Of a DNA stretch of 32,000 nt, positions 15,541 through 28,428 are shown one piece after another. Origin of the DNA: Thermococcus kodakarensis KOD1. Its GTDB lineage: Archaea; Methanobacteriota_B; Thermococci; Thermococcales; Thermococcaceae. A program made the position numbers and the translations under genes. Every line of letters starts with the position of its first letter. Positions within the stretch are counted from its first letter, which is position 1. A model generated the notes under the pieces. The model had not been told where the DNA came from. It saw nothing but the letters and a program-made list of their open reading frames with translations, and made no database searches. The stretch covers positions 360,001 to 392,000 of the forward strand of contig NC_006624.1 of the NCBI RefSeq assembly GCF_000009965.1, in the 5' to 3' direction.

Positions 15541-16314
15541 TTAAATCACCTCAACCATACCAAACCCGTGAGGGTTCCTCATTCCGATTCCAAGCTCATA
15601 CGCAACCCGAAGGAGCTCTTCCTCGCCCCACATCTTGAAATCAAACTCCCAGACGCGGGCGTAGATTGGCTTTCCTGTTCTCTCATCTATCTTGACGAGA
15701 AGCCTGCGGCTCTTCGGCTTCTTTGTGAGGACTCTAATGTCAAAGCTCCCCTCATAAGGCTCGCCGTAAACCATCATGTACTTTGACTTAAGGTTTTCAA
15801 AGAGAAGCTCCTTCCAAACCTTAGGCTCGTTCTCAAAGGGGCTGTTTGGCGGACCAACTGGAGAAAGATCCCACTGCCGAAATCCATTTGGAGGATTGTT
15901 GTGGTAAACACTGACGGGCGAGAGGGTTTTAAAGCGCTTTCCAGAGAGGTGTTTAGGGATCTCTTCGAGCTCGGCCTCGTAGCTCAGGAGTCTCTGACCC
16001 CTTACGTGGAGCATTCCTACTCCCTGCCCGAGGCCTCTAACAAGAGATTCAAGGATGATGTCCTCCGTGGAACCCACGTAAAGCTCCACGGTTCCTGACT
16101 CGACAAGAAGGCCCTGTTCAAGCCTTTTTGTGCTCCCAATAGGCATGAACTTAGAGGCCACGAACTTGATGTCTCTCTTGTTGTTGTGAATCCTGCCCGC
16201 GACTTCCTTATCGGCGAGCTCAATGGCACGGAGGAGGAAGGAGTAGAGGTAGCGCGGGTAGTTGTAGGGGATAAGAAAGGGAGGCTTGAAGCGGAGGAGC
16301 AGTTTAATCCTCAT
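15541..16314 (-). CDS. cas6: Cas6 crRNA-processing endoribonuclease (paralog 1)
   Basis: Typical N-terminus MRIKLLLRFKPP and a C-terminal glycine-rich loop GIGMRNPHGFGMVEVI. Position is within the cas operon. Confidence 0.88.
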   Translation of the reverse strand: MRIKLLLRFKPPFLIPYNYPRYLYSFLLRAIELADKEVAGRIHNNKRDIKFVASKFMPIGSTKRLEQGLLVESGTVELYVGSTEDIILESLVRGLGQGVGMLHVRGQRLLSYEAELEEIPKHLSGKRFKTLSPVSVYHNNPPNGFRQWDLSPVGPPNSPFENEPKVWKELLFENLKSKYMMVYGEPYEGSFDIRVLTKKPKSRRLLVKIDERTGKPIYARVWEFDFKMWGEEELLRVAYELGIGMRNPHGFGMVEVI

Positions 16315-16981
16315 GGCAGTTTTCCCCCTTGATCTTCAGGTAGAGCCTCCCGGCATTGGTTGCTTTATATCTTGGAGCCCTTCCATCGAGCTTTTCGGCT
16401 TTAACAAGGCCGTATTTTGTCATTTCTTTCAGCTCGTTGCTGATAGTTGCTGGAGAAACCCCAAGCTCCTCGGAAATCTTCCTCACACTTTTACCCTCAA
16501 GGAAGCCGCAGATTATCTTTGCCCATCTTCTGTTGGAAGGCGCCAGAAAGAGCCCCAGTTCAAGAGAAATATGTCCTGAGAGGTTCTCGAAGTCACTTTC
16601 CACTATAACCCTAACATCCTCAATGTTCAAAAGTGCCAGGAGCGTGGATACGATGAGTGGCCTCATACCACCTGAGAGAACCGCTAGGATGAGACGGTCG
16701 TCGGTTAGGTTGTCCTTTATGGCTTGGGATATCCTGGTTACTATCTCCTCGCCGTTAAGAGGAACTTCCAGAATCATGATGTGCTCTTCTCCAATTATAG
16801 GGGAGGCTATGTTTTTTATTGCATTGATTGCGTTTGTGGTTCTTTGCTCACTCCGATAACCTTCTGGAACGATTGCCAAAAGCGTATCTCCCGGTTCGAG
16901 TCCATCAACATCCTCTCTCTTCCTCACTAATGCCCTAATGATAAATCTCTCATCAAAGCCCACAGGAAAGACCACCAGCAA
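16304..16981 (-). CDS. csa3: Csa3-type CRISPR-associated regulator (CARF-like N-domain plus C-terminal winged HTH)
   Basis: N-terminus LVVFPVGFDERFIIRAL is like the first Csa3 Rossmann strand. C-terminal HTH: KSVRKISEELGVSPATISNELKEMTKYGLVK. The start is TTG 16981 or GTG 16975, after GGGGGTGGGA. Confidence 0.8.
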   Translation of the reverse strand: MLVVFPVGFDERFIIRALVRKREDVDGLEPGDTLLAIVPEGYRSEQRTTNAINAIKNIASPIIGEEHIMILEVPLNGEEIVTRISQAIKDNLTDDRLILAVLSGGMRPLIVSTLLALLNIEDVRVIVESDFENLSGHISLELGLFLAPSNRRWAKIICGFLEGKSVRKISEELGVSPATISNELKEMTKYGLVKAEKLDGRAPRYKATNAGRLYLKIKGENCHED

Positions 16982-17615
16982 CGTCCCACCCCCTAACTTT
17001 TAAGACTTCAAAAATTTCTTCTACAAGTGTGCTGCCCTTTCCACCCCTATTTAAGTGCGCGGCGTAGTTGTCTGCAACAACCAGAGGAAGAAGGAGTGAA
17101 TAAACGCTTCTGAGATTTCGTCTCATAACTTCTTTTGTTTCTTGCATAAATTCATTCCACTCCTTCCATTGGATTTCCCTAGGTAGCTTTTCTCCTGAAA
17201 GCTCCTCAAGCACGGCTATACAGTCATCACAAAGCCTAAGATTCCCTGGTCTTTTGGGACTTTTACCTCTAATCCAATCGTGATGGTGAAGTAGTATCGC
17301 AACGGACATCACATTCCCTATGGCCCCATATTTTCCAAAAACGTTTCTCGCCACAAGCGCGGAGTAGAACTCATGGAAACCAAAGCTTGCCCTTCTTTTC
17401 TGGAATTCTTCAAGGCACTTTCCAACGTCGTGAAGGATGTAGGCCTTTCTTAGAAGCTCTCCCGCAAGCTTGGGATCTACGTCCAAAATTCTGGACAGGA
17501 AGCGAGCATAGCCCCTACGAAGGTATAACCCGTCGATAATCTCAAGGCCCTTTCTTATGTGGGCTTCCATCGGTTCCACGCAGGCTCCATTCTCAAAAAA
17601 TGCGCACGTACTCAT
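16953..17615 (-). CDS. cas3: Cas3'' HD nuclease (split Cas3, type I-A)
   Basis: HD motifs ILHDVGK and LLHHHDW. ATGA overlap with the cas3' stop. Confidence 0.88.
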   Translation of the reverse strand: MSTCAFFENGACVEPMEAHIRKGLEIIDGLYLRRGYARFLSRILDVDPKLAGELLRKAYILHDVGKCLEEFQKRRASFGFHEFYSALVARNVFGKYGAIGNVMSVAILLHHHDWIRGKSPKRPGNLRLCDDCIAVLEELSGEKLPREIQWKEWNEFMQETKEVMRRNLRSVYSLLLPLVVADNYAAHLNRGGKGSTLVEEIFEVLKVRGWDVAGGLSCGL

Positions 17616-19186
17616 GGGATACCACGCTCCCAGTCATACTCGCCTATAAAAACGACCTCAACATTTTTTCCGAGTGCAACGGATTTCGCCACGTTGTAGG
17701 CATCGTTTAAGCTCCGTATATTCCCCTTCCAACCTCTTATCTCCACGACTCCTCTGTAGTAAAGCTCCACCAGCTTGGAGGGGCTTATCAGCACGGCTTC
17801 TCCCCCTACTGAAAGCGGAATTAGGAAACCTCTCATGATCGGAGTGCCACTAGCTGTTAACCGCTCTATCGAGCTTAAAACATGGGGTGCTCTTTTAGTA
17901 GGATCTGACATAAGCTTGAGAAGCGTTCTCTTGAGCTCTCTATTAACGTTCTTTTTGACAGATATTGGCTTTTTCCCGTGAACCTCAGTAACTATTGCCT
18001 GATATGTGTCTGGCACCCGTGGGAGGATCTGGTGTTCCTTCATCAAGTTCACAGTCTTTTCGACTTTATCCTTTGGATATGGCCCACAAGGTGCATCTTC
18101 AAGGACAAATATATTAGCTTTCATGTCACTGCCATATCTGGCCACTCTCCCAAAACGCTGGAGGAGGGAATTTATGGGCGCCCTATCCGTTATCATAAGG
18201 TCAACTGAAAAGTCAACGCCGGCTTCGACTGCCTGTGTTCCGATGAGGAGGAAATTTTCCTTCTTTGTCCACTCTCTTAAGCGTTTGATAAGCTCCCGCT
18301 TGTGACTTGGAGTCATCCTGCCATGGATCAGCATAATTCTCTCGCTTTCAGGCCAGATTTCTGGATTGTTTTTGGCTTCGTTAAACAGATCAACGGCTCG
18401 TTTAACTGAGTTTACTATAATTGCGTTTCTTCTCCCAGGCTCTATAAAATCAAGGGGATTTCCTTCCCTAAACTCAATTTCAACTTCTTTTTTCAGCTCT
18501 CTCTCGATGAACGGATCATCTTCTTGGGGACATAAAACATAAAAGTTATAGCCGTTTTTCTTTGCATATTTCTCGAAGATTCCTCTGTGGGCTTCCGATA
18601 AGGTGGCTGTCATAACCACGATGGGAACTTTCTGGGATGTGAGGAACTCAATAGCTGATAGAAATGCGGTCACCATTGATTCATCCTCAAGAAGGAAGTG
18701 GGCCTCATCAAAGATTACCAGCGAGGTCAGTATTGAGGCCTGGGTCAAGTAATCGTAGCCGAACTCTAAGCCAGCTTTAATCCTGTGCCTCTTCTTTGTG
18801 TTGAGCTTTAGCAAATCCCACGTGAATGTGTCCGCGGTGGTTATGTTGAGCGGAAAGAGGTGAAGGAATTCACCGCTCGAACCCATCATCTTGGTTCTGG
18901 AGAATCCGAATGCATCCTCCGCTGTTTTCTGGATGTCCTCTATGATTGAACGCATCGGGAGAACATGAATCACCCTGTCAAAGATGGAGGCATCCCAAAG
19001 GGAGTGAACAGCCAGGGCAAAGCTTAGGAGAGTTTTTCCGTAGCCTGTTGGTGCCTGGAGGATTAAAAAAGGCGGATTCTCGGAGGGGGTGATAAAATGA
19101 AAAGCCTCCTCTAGTAGGGGCCTTTTTTCTGGCTTAAACCCCTTTGCCTCCGCGAGCTTCTGGAGTGCCTTCTTGAATGCCCTCAA
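17612..19186 (-). CDS. cas3: Cas3' SF2 helicase (split Cas3, type I-A)
   Basis: Motif I QAPTGYGKT, motif II FDEAHFL, motif VI-like QRFGRVARYG. The probable start is TTG 19186, after GGAGGTGCTTCT and overlapping the cas8a TGA. The ORF track starts at GTG 19213. Confidence 0.88.
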   Translation of the reverse strand: MRAFKKALQKLAEAKGFKPEKRPLLEEAFHFITPSENPPFLILQAPTGYGKTLLSFALAVHSLWDASIFDRVIHVLPMRSIIEDIQKTAEDAFGFSRTKMMGSSGEFLHLFPLNITTADTFTWDLLKLNTKKRHRIKAGLEFGYDYLTQASILTSLVIFDEAHFLLEDESMVTAFLSAIEFLTSQKVPIVVMTATLSEAHRGIFEKYAKKNGYNFYVLCPQEDDPFIERELKKEVEIEFREGNPLDFIEPGRRNAIIVNSVKRAVDLFNEAKNNPEIWPESERIMLIHGRMTPSHKRELIKRLREWTKKENFLLIGTQAVEAGVDFSVDLMITDRAPINSLLQRFGRVARYGSDMKANIFVLEDAPCGPYPKDKVEKTVNLMKEHQILPRVPDTYQAIVTEVHGKKPISVKKNVNRELKRTLLKLMSDPTKRAPHVLSSIERLTASGTPIMRGFLIPLSVGGEAVLISPSKLVELYYRGVVEIRGWKGNIRSLNDAYNVAKSVALGKNVEVVFIGEYDWERGIP

Positions 19187-20382
19187 AGAAGCACCTCCAG
19201 GTGTTCCTGCCACATGAAGGTTTTCATGACCTTCCGAAACTCTCCGCTCGCCCTACCGCTTCCCTCCAGAAGGGCCCTGCCCTGACGGAACAGTCTGAAA
19301 ACGGCGTCTCTGATTAACTCTCTCCTTCCGCTGTTAATGGCCCTGTACAGGTCTTTGACAAAGATATATGCTAGCATCTCGCCGTCACCGTTAACACCCT
19401 TCCAGAGTTCTCTTTCTGCAATATCCACAAGGGCCCAGAGGGGGTACTTCTGAATCGTGGCGTTTCCCGCTTTAAGTTCCACGAGAATGGGCAAACCACC
19501 CATACTAGCAGACTCTATTCTATTCACGTATTCTTCCATATACTCGCTCAATCCAGTCAAATTGAGCTGTGTGGTCTTGAGCTCGGTGTAAACCTGCCCC
19601 TCAAGGCTTATCAGATGTAGTGTCACGGGATAGACTTCCTCAATGACGTCGCGTCCCTCCTCGGCGAGCTTCATTGCCAACTTCATCTCATAGAGCTCCT
19701 CCGTGCTCAGAGAAATTCTACCCGATGCTCCTGCACCTGTTAGCGGCAGGATGCCCTTCTCGATGATCTCTTCAACCTCGTATGGCCAGAAAACCTCAAT
19801 TCCAGGCTTCGTCATTAGGTAATACTTCCCCCCTATGAATCCCGCAAAGCTCGTGAAGAAACCGAGGGCCATGAAAGAGAACCAGAGGGGATCCATGCGT
19901 ATCTGGGCTTTCTGGCCGGTAGTCGGACTTAGAAAACCGCTCTGGCGCTCGTAATACTCTGGTTGCTTGATTATTGCTGGCAGGATGGCTTGCTCCCCGT
20001 TGTACGCTATTCCGAGATAGGTTCCGTTTTTGTCTGTTTTTATTGTGGATAAAGACTCCCCAGGGTCTATATTCCCGTCTCTGAGCAGCTTTATGGTCTC
20101 AGTGACCACAAGTTCAAAGAGTTCACCGTAAGTTTCAGGGGCACTCCTCCCGAACCATGCCTTTAGAACCTTGTCAAAGGAACTCCTGTCGTTTCTGCCC
20201 ATTTTTGATGTGTGAATCTTCACCCTACTACCGAGGGATTTCAATGCCCCTTCCAATGTATCGGCGAGTTCTTCTTCGTCAGGCTCAATACCTGCGTCCA
20301 TTACAACCCACGACATGCCTAGGGAGAGCAGTTCCTTGGTCAAACCTTCGTATGGATAGCTTGAGAGAGCCTCAAGGAGCAA
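19183..20382 (-). CDS. cas8a: Type I-A large subunit, Cas8a (Csa4-like)
   Basis: A protein of about 400 aa sits between cas5a and cas3', the position Csa4/Cas8a2 occupies in Csa operons. Start is uncertain: TTG 20382 after GGAGGTGG, or the ORF-track TTG 20436. The family call rests on context more than on motifs. Confidence 0.6.
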   Translation of the reverse strand: MLLEALSSYPYEGLTKELLSLGMSWVVMDAGIEPDEEELADTLEGALKSLGSRVKIHTSKMGRNDRSSFDKVLKAWFGRSAPETYGELFELVVTETIKLLRDGNIDPGESLSTIKTDKNGTYLGIAYNGEQAILPAIIKQPEYYERQSGFLSPTTGQKAQIRMDPLWFSFMALGFFTSFAGFIGGKYYLMTKPGIEVFWPYEVEEIIEKGILPLTGAGASGRISLSTEELYEMKLAMKLAEEGRDVIEEVYPVTLHLISLEGQVYTELKTTQLNLTGLSEYMEEYVNRIESASMGGLPILVELKAGNATIQKYPLWALVDIAERELWKGVNGDGEMLAYIFVKDLYRAINSGRRELIRDAVFRLFRQGRALLEGSGRASGEFRKVMKTFMWQEHLEVLL

Positions 20383-21106
20383 GGATAACCACCTCCCCGT
20401 CGAGCTCCACAATCGACAGTCCCCCCTCGACTTCAACTGTTTCTTCCGGATAAAACATTACCATGCGCTTGGCATTGGAGTAGTCGCCGATTCCTAAGCG
20501 CCAGTCTACAACTGCCTGGAGGGTTCCTTTTCCATGCACGTTGACTCCCTTAAAGGGAAACGCGTACGCTGTTCTAACCTTATTCGCCTCCCGAAATACG
20601 GCCTTTCCCATCTTAACATCCTCAACGCTGACTATGGATTCCCTTGAGCCGAGCCTCGTTATTCCCCATGCGGCTCTCTCTAAGTCTTTTGCACTGTAGG
20701 TACTCTCAGAGAGAGCGTCCTCGTCAACAAAATAAGCGGCTGTGAGTGAGTTGGTAGACTCTCCATAGAAAACTGCAAATGGGAACGAAGTCACTGCGCT
20801 CTGAACTTTTCCGCGGTAAATTGTGTTGATCTTCAGTAGAGACCCATAGAGCTTTGGTCTGCCCTCTGTCTTAATGGTGACCCATTTGAAGAGGCCAATT
20901 ACTGATTCTGCTTTGCTCTTGAAAGTTTTCTTTTCGTAAATTGTCTCTCCTCTGTCGTCGCTGATGTGGAGAAGGGGGTATGATATTGCCCCTATTAGCG
21001 TAGTTGGTGGAACGTAGCGTAGGGCAGTGCGCATCTTGCTCTGGGGGAGGGCACGGAGGGCTATTATTCCCGTGGGTCTTAGCTGAACCTTCAAAAATAA
21101 AGTCAA
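20372..21106 (-). CDS. cas5: Cas5a (type I-A)
   Basis: Cas5-like N-terminus ...LFLKVQLRPTGIIALRALPQSKMRTALRYVPPTTLIGAISYPL, positioned after cas7. Start is uncertain: TTG 21106 or GTG 21115, both just after the GAGGTGG that overlaps the cas7 TGA. The ORF track gives TTG 21148. Confidence 0.75.
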   Translation of the reverse strand: MTLFLKVQLRPTGIIALRALPQSKMRTALRYVPPTTLIGAISYPLLHISDDRGETIYEKKTFKSKAESVIGLFKWVTIKTEGRPKLYGSLLKINTIYRGKVQSAVTSFPFAVFYGESTNSLTAAYFVDEDALSESTYSAKDLERAAWGITRLGSRESIVSVEDVKMGKAVFREANKVRTAYAFPFKGVNVHGKGTLQAVVDWRLGIGDYSNAKRMVMFYPEETVEVEGGLSIVELDGEVVILAP

Positions 21107-21116
21107 GGGAACCACC

Positions 21117-22315
21117 TCAAAAGGCTTCCTTCTCGTGGAGGTAGTCAATTGCCTCCTTCAGAGCCTCTTCTGGGACTTTCTCCTCTCCCGCCACGACGAG
21201 AAAGCTCTCCTCCCCAAAGCTCTTAAGGACTTTCAGCCGTCTCTGAGTTTTCTCAATGTAGTCGTCGTAAATCGGGGAGGTAACGACAAAAGGATGATCC
21301 GTGACTGCCACAATAAGCTCCGTTATTCCCCCAACCGGGAAGAAGCGGGAGAGTTTGGCTCCAAACTGGCTCGAAGAAAGCATTCTGAAGAGCGCCTTTA
21401 GAGACGCCTCACGTCTCTTCTTTATCTCATTCTCATCGAGTATTGGCTTCGATGTTATCGCGCTCACACCTATTGCGTCAAGGTCGAGGTTGAACGTGAA
21501 ACCGTAGAGTGCGGTGCCAGTTTCAACGTAGTATATCATCTGCTCGGAGGCGTTGCCCTTCTTGCTCGATGCATCCATCTGAGCGTGCCTAGCGTGGAGT
21601 TGCGGCTCGGAAGTGGCGAAGAGGGCGACCGACTTGACTGGGAGGGCGTAGCTTACTTGGAAGGCTGAACTCCGTCTTATGGGTGCTGAACCAGTATATA
21701 GGAACCCTCCAACATCTTCTACGACACAGCTCTTGACAATTATGTCTTCTATCTTGACAGGAGGCAAATCTAAGATGCCTTTTTTGATTACATAATTGCC
21801 AAAGACCTGTGAAGCGAGTGAGAGGTTTTTGAGGATATAGTCTCGAGGCTTCTCGGACTTCACTAAGTTCTCCATGAACCCTCTGAATTTCTCAAGTTCT
21901 TTGATCTTATCTTCGTTCTGTTTCTTCTTATTGCGCTCTTTTTCAATCTCTGAAGATAAAACGGAGATTGTGATATCCACTACTTCTGACAAGTTGGCCA
22001 GAACACTCTCAAATACTTCTTCTCTATTGAATAGCTTGGGGGCGAAGTGGACCTCGTCCATGGACTTGTAGAACTCGCCTCTCTGACAGTCATCACAGAC
22101 AGGTAGACCTGCCGAGAGGGCCTCCCTAACGAGGTGCTCCTGGTATGCGTGGGCTAGGCTTTCGCCGCTCATGGCGGGCACGTAGACCGTTTTCAGCTTT
22201 CCGTCTTCCTCGACTAGGTAGGGAACACGCCTGTGCTTGCCGTAGTTTCCGGCTGTTTCGACCATGTTGAGGGCCTCAACATTGGCCTCAAACCTAACTC
22301 CAACGCTCAAAAACA

Positions 22316-22316
<1 letters not shown>
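21117..22316 (-). CDS. cas7: Cas7 of type I-A (Csa2), unusually long, with a charged internal segment
   Basis: The N-terminus FLSVGVRFEANVEALNMVETAGNYGKHRRVP is the hallmark Csa2 start. ATG 22316 overlaps the csa5 TGA, and GGAGGTG lies 8 nt upstream. Confidence 0.88.
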
Positions 22317-22719
<403 letters not shown>

Positions 22720-22744
22720 ACGTTTAGTTAGTGTTTAGCTAGGA

Positions 22745-22766
22745 TTAAAAAGATGTTTAGAAAAAG
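22745..22766 (-). terminator. Possible cas1 terminator (two T5 runs on the minus strand)
   Basis: Plus-strand A5 runs at 22747-22751 and 22761-22765 lie about 90-110 nt downstream of the cas1 stop and upstream of the csa5 promoter. Confidence 0.3.
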
Positions 22767-22855
22767 TCAAACACAGATCCCTCTCCTACAGGGTGATATA
22801 TCTACCATTTTGCGGGCGGCATCTAACTATGTCTGTTTAAAGATTATCAATCACC

Positions 22856-24492
<1,637 letters not shown>

Positions 24493-24500
24493 TTAGTAAG

Positions 24501-24530
24501 TTAGAGTATCTACTATATTAGAGTTTCTAC
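24501..24530 (-). promoter_or_regulatory. vapB promoter with a candidate operator: TATA flanked by 13-nt direct repeats
   Basis: The plus strand reads TTAGAGTATCTAC (24501-24513), TATA (24514-17), TTAGAGTTTCTAC (24518-24530), with 12/13 identity between the repeats. It lies about 39 nt upstream of ATG 24477. Confidence 0.55.
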
Positions 24531-24533
24531 TAC

Positions 24534-26145
<1,612 letters not shown>

Positions 26146-26205
26146 TACAGTCTCACCTGTAACAGTTTATACTGTAATGATTTTTATAGTTTTGGCTGTA
26201 ATCAC
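26146..26205 (-). promoter_or_regulatory. Promoter region of the ATPase-cas4 unit, with repeated TTACAG motifs
   Basis: The minus strand reads GTGATTACAGCCAAAACTATAAAAATCATTACAGTATAAACTGTTACAGGTGAGACTGTAATG. The TATA element AAACTATAAAAAT is flanked by ATTACAG copies. A third TTACAG and an inverted CTGTAA bracket the RBS and start codon. Confidence 0.5.
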
Positions 26206-28428
26206 TCAAATAATATCGCCCTCACTCAACGGGACTCTCTGGAGTCCTTTATTGGGATCGTACTCAAGCTCCGCAACAAGAATGTATTTCCCATAGCCCT
26301 TATCGGAGAGCCTGTGGAAGTTTTTCCGCTCAGCGTGATAGAACCACATAGGGATTGGAATAAGATATCTGTACAATTCCATACCCATTTTCTTATCAAG
26401 CAGTTCGCTGACCCTCCCTTGATAAACCCCAGGAACAGCTTCGAGACCGTTAAACATCTGATAGAACTTTTGTTCATCTTCACCTGTCCTCATAGGTTTC
26501 ACATTGTTGAAGACATCTTGAGCTGTGTTTTGATAGTCGCGAACCTTTTCTACAAGCTCGTCGGAAACGGGTGCGTAAGCCTCACTTACTAGCTCAGGGA
26601 TTAAGGATTCTCTTAGTTCTTTACCATCGAAGTCTTGGAGTATCTTTAAGCTCTCCTCAACAACATCATAGGGATTGTAAATCTTTCTATCAGCGTCTGC
26701 GCCTTTGGTTAGGACGTAGACGTCCTCAATCCGCCCCTCCTTCCAACCTTGCCTATTCACGCGTCCAAAGCGCTGTATTAACGCGTCTAGAGGTGCCGGC
26801 TCAGTTAGTATCGTCGAGAAGCTGAGGTCAAGGGAAACTTCCACAACCTGGGTGGCAACAACAAAGTCGTACTCGGACATCTTCTCAAGGAGTAACTTCT
26901 CCTTAGTCTCTCTATCGCCGTATGTAAACCGGCTGTGAAGAAGCAGAACTCTATAATCTTCACTCAGCTCTTTGTAGACTCTAACCGCTTGATCTACGCT
27001 ATTGCATGCTACCAATCCAGGCCTTGAAGTTTCCTCGACCTTTTTGTGAATTCCAAGATCAGCTATTAGCTCCCCTACAGACTCCATTCCCCCATCGATA
27101 ACATGAACCCTATGGCGGGTAAACTTGTCCGCTTCTTCTGCAGAGGTCTTGAGCTCTCTAAAATCAGCAGTATCCGTGATAAGTTCTTCAAGGAAGTCCG
27201 GTAAGGTAGCTGTCATTACCATTGTCTTTGCTTTCAGACCTTCGAGTTCTTTAAGCATTGCAAGGATTATGCCGAGAACGTTGGGCTCATAGGCGTGGAT
27301 CTCGTCGAATATGATGAGGGATCCTGAAAGCTCGGTTTTCAGCATCTCGTGGAATCCAACCCCAAAGAAGGCCTTCATAAGCTGAAATGGCGTGGTGACC
27401 TTTAGCGGAGTGTAAATTTTATGGTACAGCGAGCTCAGTCGCTTGTACTCAAGGGCAGATGTGTAAAGATAAAAGCTCGCAGAGCTGTGTAGAACCCCCA
27501 CCAAGGATGGGTCGGAAAATATATCCATCATTCTCTGGTGCATCGCGTTTATGCTGGCTTTGTAGGGCAGGACATAAAAAATTCTGCTCGTTATACCTTC
27601 CTTGTTTCTGAAAGCGTTCCTGTTAGCCCACAGGAGAGCCGCTTCGGTTTTTCCGTATCCTGTAGGTGCTCTTAGGAGCAGGTTTCCCTCCGAATTGGAA
27701 GCCGCAACCTGAAGAGGCCTGAGCTTCCTCATTGGGATTTTTAATTCAAGCCGCTCGACAATGTCGGGGAGGAGGAGTATTTCTGTTTCGCCCGCAGATG
27801 CAAGATGGTCTGACGCATTAAGGAGGCCGCGCATGAACGTCAATGTTCCTCTTTCAGCTTCGAGGTTGTTCTCATACCATTCAGTCAGCTTTTGGAAATC
27901 GAAATCTCTAAGCCGTTCTTTCCAGTCTGGCGGAAGGTTAAACCTTTTTGGCAGTTTTGTCGTACCAAAATAGTAAGCCTCAATGTTCGGAATCCGTGAT
28001 ATGAACGTCTTCTCTATGTACTCAGCTCGTTCAAGGAGTTCATCAAGCTTTTCGTCGAACTCGAGGGGACCTATGTTGTCAATACGAACTGGGAGAATCT
28101 CTTCAAGTTCATCCAGAGTTTTATGGTGGGTTAATATGGCGAGCGCTATCAGGTTGCGTTCCCTCTCCGAAAAGTCCAGAAACTGCACAAACGGAACCGA
28201 GAGTATCTCATGGCGGTAACCCCACTTGTTTTTCTTTTTCTGAAAGCCTGAAGCACACTTCCCGATATCATGGAGGAGAACGGCATAAAATGAACGTTCA
28301 AAGATGCCAGGCGAGAGCTCCTCAAGCCAGGGAAAGGAGTTCTTTATGCTCTTCAGCACGTTGATTGCATCGAGTGTGTGGCACTCAAGGTACTGGTGCG
28401 GATTGAATTTGGCGTAGCAGAGCTTCAT
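26206..28428 (-). CDS. cas3: Cas3 (fused HD nuclease plus SF2 helicase), type I-B/Cst
   Basis: HD motifs LLHDIGK and ILTHHKT. Helicase motif I APTGYGKTEAAL, motif II IIFDEIHAYE, motif VI QRFGRVNRQG. ATG 28428 overlaps the cas5 TGA (ATGA) after AGGTGGAG. Confidence 0.92.
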   Translation of the reverse strand: MKLCYAKFNPHQYLECHTLDAINVLKSIKNSFPWLEELSPGIFERSFYAVLLHDIGKCASGFQKKKNKWGYRHEILSVPFVQFLDFSERERNLIALAILTHHKTLDELEEILPVRIDNIGPLEFDEKLDELLERAEYIEKTFISRIPNIEAYYFGTTKLPKRFNLPPDWKERLRDFDFQKLTEWYENNLEAERGTLTFMRGLLNASDHLASAGETEILLLPDIVERLELKIPMRKLRPLQVAASNSEGNLLLRAPTGYGKTEAALLWANRNAFRNKEGITSRIFYVLPYKASINAMHQRMMDIFSDPSLVGVLHSSASFYLYTSALEYKRLSSLYHKIYTPLKVTTPFQLMKAFFGVGFHEMLKTELSGSLIIFDEIHAYEPNVLGIILAMLKELEGLKAKTMVMTATLPDFLEELITDTADFRELKTSAEEADKFTRHRVHVIDGGMESVGELIADLGIHKKVEETSRPGLVACNSVDQAVRVYKELSEDYRVLLLHSRFTYGDRETKEKLLLEKMSEYDFVVATQVVEVSLDLSFSTILTEPAPLDALIQRFGRVNRQGWKEGRIEDVYVLTKGADADRKIYNPYDVVEESLKILQDFDGKELRESLIPELVSEAYAPVSDELVEKVRDYQNTAQDVFNNVKPMRTGEDEQKFYQMFNGLEAVPGVYQGRVSELLDKKMGMELYRYLIPIPMWFYHAERKNFHRLSDKGYGKYILVAELEYDPNKGLQRVPLSEGDII

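Noticed and set aside
14830-15786. Plus-strand ORFs 14830..15159, 15287..15544 and 15295..15786, antisense to cas4/cas6
   Set aside because: They are shadow ORFs opposite genes with clear Cas4 and Cas6 motifs. They have no independent start signals.
22741-22855. A non-coding stretch of about 115 nt between the cas1 stop and the csa5 promoter, examined as a possible small RNA (C/D box sRNA, tRNA fragment or orphan repeat)
   Set aside because: I found no RUGAUGA/CUGA box pair, no cloverleaf-compatible stems and no similarity to the CRISPR repeat. It is most simply a 3' UTR/terminator plus upstream promoter region.
24501-24530. The shared heptamer TTAGAGT between the vapB operator repeats and the CRISPR repeat core (TAGAGTCTTA)
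   Set aside because: Only 6-7 nt are shared and the flanks diverge. This is within chance expectation for a 32-kb window and is not evidence of a functional link.
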